Origin: Chthoniobacteraceae bacterium
GTDB lineage: Bacteria; Verrucomicrobiota; Verrucomicrobiia; Chthoniobacterales; Chthoniobacteraceae
Reading direction: 5' to 3'
Assembly: GCA_037190965.1 (NCBI GenBank)
Contig: JBBCKI010000042.1
Coordinates: forward strand, 1-64,000
Length of the DNA: 64,000 bases
In this document: one piece after another, positions 60,026 to 64,000 of the stretch
Layout of the letters: each line of letters begins with the position of its first letter
Numbering within the stretch: the first letter of the stretch is position 1
Made by a program: the position numbers and the translations under genes
Notes under the pieces: model-generated
The model's database searches: none
What the model was told of the DNA's origin: nothing
Seen by the model: the letters and a program-made list of their open reading frames with translations, nothing else

Positions 60026-61579
60026 TTGTCTGTGGATACTCCAACTCAAGAATCCTCTCCCAAAACCCTCCCCGAACTGGCGGAGGCCTCCAAGGCGCAT
60101 CGGCTTTCGCCCGCGGATGAAGACCGCGCCACCACGCTGCTCAAGGAACTCCTTGTCGGCGGGAAGGCGGGCATCGTCGCGGCATTGGAGCCGATGCTTT
60201 CCCTGCCGTGGATCGTCTGCGTCAACGCCGTCAGCGCCGTTTGGCCGGGATTGACGCTACCGATGAAGCGGCATCTCCTTGCCACCCTGGCCAAGAGCGA
60301 TACCGAGCAGGCGCGCCGTCTGCGGCTCAGCGTGGCCCGCGCCGTTTTCAAGATCGATCCTGCCGCGGGGCTCAAGATCGCCGCCGCCGTCGCCACCGAT
60401 CTCAAGGATGCCGAAACAGGATCGCTCTCCTCCAAGCACCGGCAGATGTTTTTCCATGTCTTCGTGGGCAAGGGGAAGCCGTGGCTTCTGCAACTCCCGC
60501 TTGGAGAGCTGAAGGCCGCCGATGCCGATGCGCTCGTGCATGCGGCCATTGAGAGCTTTTCGTTCTGCCCGCCGCTTTCCCAGCTTTCCATTTTACGTTG
60601 GGTTCATGCCGGCGGGCGGTTCAAGAAAATCTCGGACGCCGATCTGGCCATCGCCGTCAAATCGGTAAGCCGTTGGAACGCCCGGCTGCAACAGCAGCTC
60701 AAGGCGGAGGTTGCGGAGTTGCCCGAGGCGATTCTCGCCGCCTTCAAGCCGGAGCCGGCCAAGCGCGAAGAAACCCCTGGGAAAGCGCAGGAAACAAAAG
60801 AAGCGCCCCAGGCTCCCGCCGAGCCCGCAGAGCAGGCTCAGGAAGCCGGGGAGCCGGTTCAAGCCGCCGCTCCCGAGGAAGCTCCTACGCAGCCCCAGAC
60901 CGAGCCCCAGGCCCAACCGACGCCCCCACCCGCCGCCGGGCCGGAGGCCATCACTATCCCAAGGCGCGAAAGGGAGCGGGAGAAAGAGCGCGAGCGGGGC
61001 GGGCGGCGTGAAGAGCGGCCTTCCCGCGAGGGGCGGCAGCAGCCCCCTGAAGCCAGGGAAGTCCGTGAATCCCGTGAACCGGAAAAGGGACGCAAGGCGT
61101 TCGATTTCAAGGATTCGCTTCGCGGTCTTGAAGCCTATGTCAATGGCCTCAAGACCGAGCTGGAGCAGACCCGCACTCAACTTCGTCGCCGCGAAGAAGA
61201 ACTGAAGCGGGGCCGATCCGCCCGTCCGGAACGCGTTGAAGAGCGGCGGCCTACCGCCGACGCGGAAACGCTCGCGCGCCATAACGCGCAGCTCGAAGCC
61301 GCCGTGAAGGAGCTCCGCCAGCAACTCGACGATCTGGCCACTTATCATGAAGCGGTAGCGGAAAGCCGGCAGCTTCATGGCGATGAACCGCTGCCGGAAG
61401 GAAGCGCCGAGTCACTCAAGTCATTACTCTCCATCAAATTGCAGGAGAGCTATGAAGCTTACACCGCCATGCGGCTGGAGCCTCTCGACCGGGTGTTCCG
61501 CCTTGACTACCGCGATCTTCTCGGGAGCGTGTTCGACGTGCTGCTGCACGAAGGGATCCGACTGGAAAACAAAAGCTAG
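60026..61579 (+). CDS. Hypothetical protein: helical N-domain, low-complexity linker, coiled-coil C-domain
   Basis: Long ORF filling the gap between co-oriented genes; no recognised motif. Confidence 0.7.
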   Translation: MSVDTPTQESSPKTLPELAEASKAHRLSPADEDRATTLLKELLVGGKAGIVAALEPMLSLPWIVCVNAVSAVWPGLTLPMKRHLLATLAKSDTEQARRLRLSVARAVFKIDPAAGLKIAAAVATDLKDAETGSLSSKHRQMFFHVFVGKGKPWLLQLPLGELKAADADALVHAAIESFSFCPPLSQLSILRWVHAGGRFKKISDADLAIAVKSVSRWNARLQQQLKAEVAELPEAILAAFKPEPAKREETPGKAQETKEAPQAPAEPAEQAQEAGEPVQAAAPEEAPTQPQTEPQAQPTPPPAAGPEAITIPRREREREKERERGGRREERPSREGRQQPPEAREVRESREPEKGRKAFDFKDSLRGLEAYVNGLKTELEQTRTQLRRREEELKRGRSARPERVEERRPTADAETLARHNAQLEAAVKELRQQLDDLATYHEAVAESRQLHGDEPLPEGSAESLKSLLSIKLQESYEAYTAMRLEPLDRVFRLDYRDLLGSVFDVLLHEGIRLENKS

Positions 61580-61599
61580 ACACTAAGAGCAACGCCGCG

Positions 61600-62748
61600 A
61601 TGCACCGGAGTCTCCTCGCCTGCCTGTTGAGCTTCGCGCTGCCCGGAGCGGTCCTGGCTGCCGACGCGGTTTTCTATCTGGGGACGTTCACCTCGCAGCG
61701 CAACGCGAAGAGCGAAGGCATCTATGCGGGCAGGATCGACACGGAGACCGGCAAGCTCGGCCCGCTGATCCTGGCCGCACCGGCGAGAGAGCCATGGTTT
61801 CTGGCGGTTTCCCGCGATGGGAAACGGGTCTACAGCTCCCTGGAAGTTGCGCCCGAGGTTGCCACGGTGCAACGCGAGGGAGCCGCGGGCGCTTACCGGA
61901 AGCGCGAGGACGGAACCCTGGAGCCGCTCAACGAAAAGTCCTCCGGGGGCGCGATTGCCTGCCATCTTTCCCTCGACCCCGCCGGGCGGCACGTGCTGGT
62001 GGCCAATTACACCGGCGCCAGCATCGCTTGTTTCCAAACAAAGCCCGATGGTTCCCTGGGCGAACGGACGGCGTTTCACCAGTTCTCCGGCACCGGTCCC
62101 GATCCGAAACGGCAAAAGCAGTCGCATCCCCATTCGATCTATCCCTCGCCGGATGGCCGTTTCGCTTACGTCTGCGATCTCGGCACGGACGACATCCGGG
62201 TTTTCAAGCTCGATGCTGATCGCGGCACGCTTGACCCCGCCGAACCGCCTGCGGCCAAAGCGCCTCCCGGCAGCGGCCCCCGGCATCTCGCCTTTGGCGG
62301 AGGGGGCGCGTTCGTCTATACCGGCAATGAAATGGGATTGAGCGTAAGCGCCTTTGCGCGGGACGCGGCCACCGGCGCGCTCACCCTCCTCCAGACACTC
62401 CCGACCCTCCCCGCCGATGCTCCCACGCAGGGGGTAACCGTGGCCGAGGTGATCTGCCATCCTTCCGGGAAATGGCTCTATGTCTCCAACCGGGGGCGCG
62501 ATTCGCTGGCTGTTTACGCGATCGCCGAAGATGGCATGCTATCGTGGGTGGAAGATGCCCCGGCGCACGTCGCGGTCCCCTGGGGCTTCGACATTGATCC
62601 GACTGGCCGCTGGCTGGTCGTCGGCGGGCAGAAAAATAACAAGATCGTCGTTTTGAAGATCGACGAAACCACTGGGAAACTCACCCCGACCGGACAGGAA
62701 GCGGAAGTTGGCGCGCCGGTATGCGTCGTCTTTGCGCCGAAGCATTAA
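61600..62748 (+). CDS. Lactonase (6-phosphogluconolactonase-like beta propeller), exported
   Basis: VANY, HPH, DLGTD, GPRH, SNRG motifs; signal peptide. Confidence 0.9.
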   Translation: MHRSLLACLLSFALPGAVLAADAVFYLGTFTSQRNAKSEGIYAGRIDTETGKLGPLILAAPAREPWFLAVSRDGKRVYSSLEVAPEVATVQREGAAGAYRKREDGTLEPLNEKSSGGAIACHLSLDPAGRHVLVANYTGASIACFQTKPDGSLGERTAFHQFSGTGPDPKRQKQSHPHSIYPSPDGRFAYVCDLGTDDIRVFKLDADRGTLDPAEPPAAKAPPGSGPRHLAFGGGGAFVYTGNEMGLSVSAFARDAATGALTLLQTLPTLPADAPTQGVTVAEVICHPSGKWLYVSNRGRDSLAVYAIAEDGMLSWVEDAPAHVAVPWGFDIDPTGRWLVVGGQKNNKIVVLKIDETTGKLTPTGQEAEVGAPVCVVFAPKH

Positions 62749-62805
62749 AAACCGCGAAAAAGACTCGCTTCACTTCGAAACTTTTGGGCATCTGAACACC
62801 CGATC

Positions 62806-63666
62806 ATGAAAATAGGCCTCAGCAGCTACAGCTTGTATCAAGCCCTGAAATCCGGAGAGATGGATTGGTCAGGCGCGATCCAATGGATTGCGGAAAACGG
62901 GGGAGAGCACATGGAGATCGTGCCGCTCGATCTTTGCCTGGCCGAAGACGAGCCTCTGCTGAAGACGATTGTTCAACGCGCGGCCGACTGCGGCATCGCG
63001 CTTTCCAGTTACACGATCGGCGCGAGTTTCCTTGCCGAAGATGACACGGCCTACGAGGCGGAGATCCGCCGCGTGAAGCGGGAGGTGGAGGTCGCGGCGG
63101 CCCTCGGCGTCTCCCTGATGAGGCACGATGTGGCGAGCCGGCGCCCTGCGGAGAGCACGGTGGCCCGTTTCGAAGCCGATCTCCCGAGGCTGGTTCACGC
63201 CTGCCAGGTCATTGCCGATTACGCCAAAACCTTCGGCATCGTCACCAGCGTCGAGAATCACGGATTCCATGTGCAGGCCAGCGAACGCGTTCAGCGACTG
63301 GTGCTCGCGGTGGATCGCGAGAACTTCCGCACCACGCTCGATATCGGCAATTTCCTTTGCGTGGATGAAGATCCGGTCGCGGCCGTGAAAAACAACCTCC
63401 CTTTCGCATCGATGGTGCACTTCAAGGATTTCTACCGTCGCCCACCGGGTAGCGACCCCGGCGACGGGTGGTTCTCCTCCAAGGCCGGTTACCGCCTCCG
63501 GGGAGCCATCGTCGGCCAGGGAGACATCGATATCCCGGCGGTGGCCGCGCTTGTCCGGGATTCCGGCTATGACGGCTTCGTGTCGCTCGAATTCGAAGGT
63601 CTCGAAGATTGCCGGAAGGGATCCGCGATCGGCATGGCGAATCTGCGCCGTTACCTTGCCCGTTGA
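62806..63666 (+). CDS. Sugar phosphate isomerase/epimerase (xylose isomerase-like TIM barrel)
   Basis: VENHG, DIGNF, HFKD, SLEFEG. Confidence 0.88.
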   Translation: MKIGLSSYSLYQALKSGEMDWSGAIQWIAENGGEHMEIVPLDLCLAEDEPLLKTIVQRAADCGIALSSYTIGASFLAEDDTAYEAEIRRVKREVEVAAALGVSLMRHDVASRRPAESTVARFEADLPRLVHACQVIADYAKTFGIVTSVENHGFHVQASERVQRLVLAVDRENFRTTLDIGNFLCVDEDPVAAVKNNLPFASMVHFKDFYRRPPGSDPGDGWFSSKAGYRLRGAIVGQGDIDIPAVAALVRDSGYDGFVSLEFEGLEDCRKGSAIGMANLRRYLAR

Positions 63667-63739
63667 GGACGGCAAAAGAAGGCCCGGCACCTAGTATTAC
63701 TGCGTTAGGTTGGATTGGCGGGGGGCGAAACTTTTCCTC

Positions 63740-63824
63740 AGCCCGGAGGGCTGGTGGAAATTAGCCGGGCGGTGAAGCGAAGCCGAACCCCCGGAAACCG
63801 ATCAAAACCATTTTCGCCCCGGAG
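63740..63824. repeat. Probable truncated REP-like element
   Basis: AGCCCGGAGGGCT hairpin, CCGGG..CCCGG pair and a second CGCCCCGGAG; single copy in window. Confidence 0.4.
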
Positions 63825-64000
63825 CAACTGTGTTCGAAATCAACAGTTTTTTTGAAGAACTGGATTGATGGGGGCTATGCGCCCCCAAACCCCGCACCGC
63901 TCGCCGCGGCAGGCGTTCGGGGGGAGCATTGTGGCATTGTAACCAGAATAAAGTCTGGATTTGCAAAGGCGGTATTGAGAGCGGTGAGGAGCTTTCTGGC

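Noticed and set aside
63870..63925. GGGGGC/GCCCCC hairpin and G/C runs near the window end
   Set aside because: Single occurrence, context cut off; cannot be classified

Overview
High-GC bacterial chromosomal segment; gene content (exosortase/EpsI, RRM protein, ChdC, lipid A acyltransferase, heptosyltransferase) suggests a diderm, probably Verrucomicrobiota (inference). About 55 genes, mostly housekeeping and envelope functions: nrdB-nrdA-dcd, ispH, purD, recJ, sdaAB/sdaAA, leuA, infA, thiD, ubiX, xylB, glycosyltransferases, a BrnT/BrnA-like pair and two regulators with visible operators. No rRNA, tRNA, CRISPR array, intact transposase or prophage was seen. Main points of interest: (1) the RNR beta subunit has a Glu first metal ligand and Leu instead of the radical tyrosine (class Ic-like), with tandem NrdR boxes and an unexplained structured leader upstream; (2) a Leu-rich leader peptide/attenuator not in the ORF track precedes leuA; (3) at least seven families of non-autonomous palindromic elements, some nested, some with compensatory base changes, some overlapping stop codons; (4) a secreted basic APVGE-repeat protein, a predicted catalytically dead S41 protease, and a tandem pair of Cys-motif proteins next to a GntR/LacI hybrid regulator. 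Product calls rest on motif recognition by eye, not database searches.
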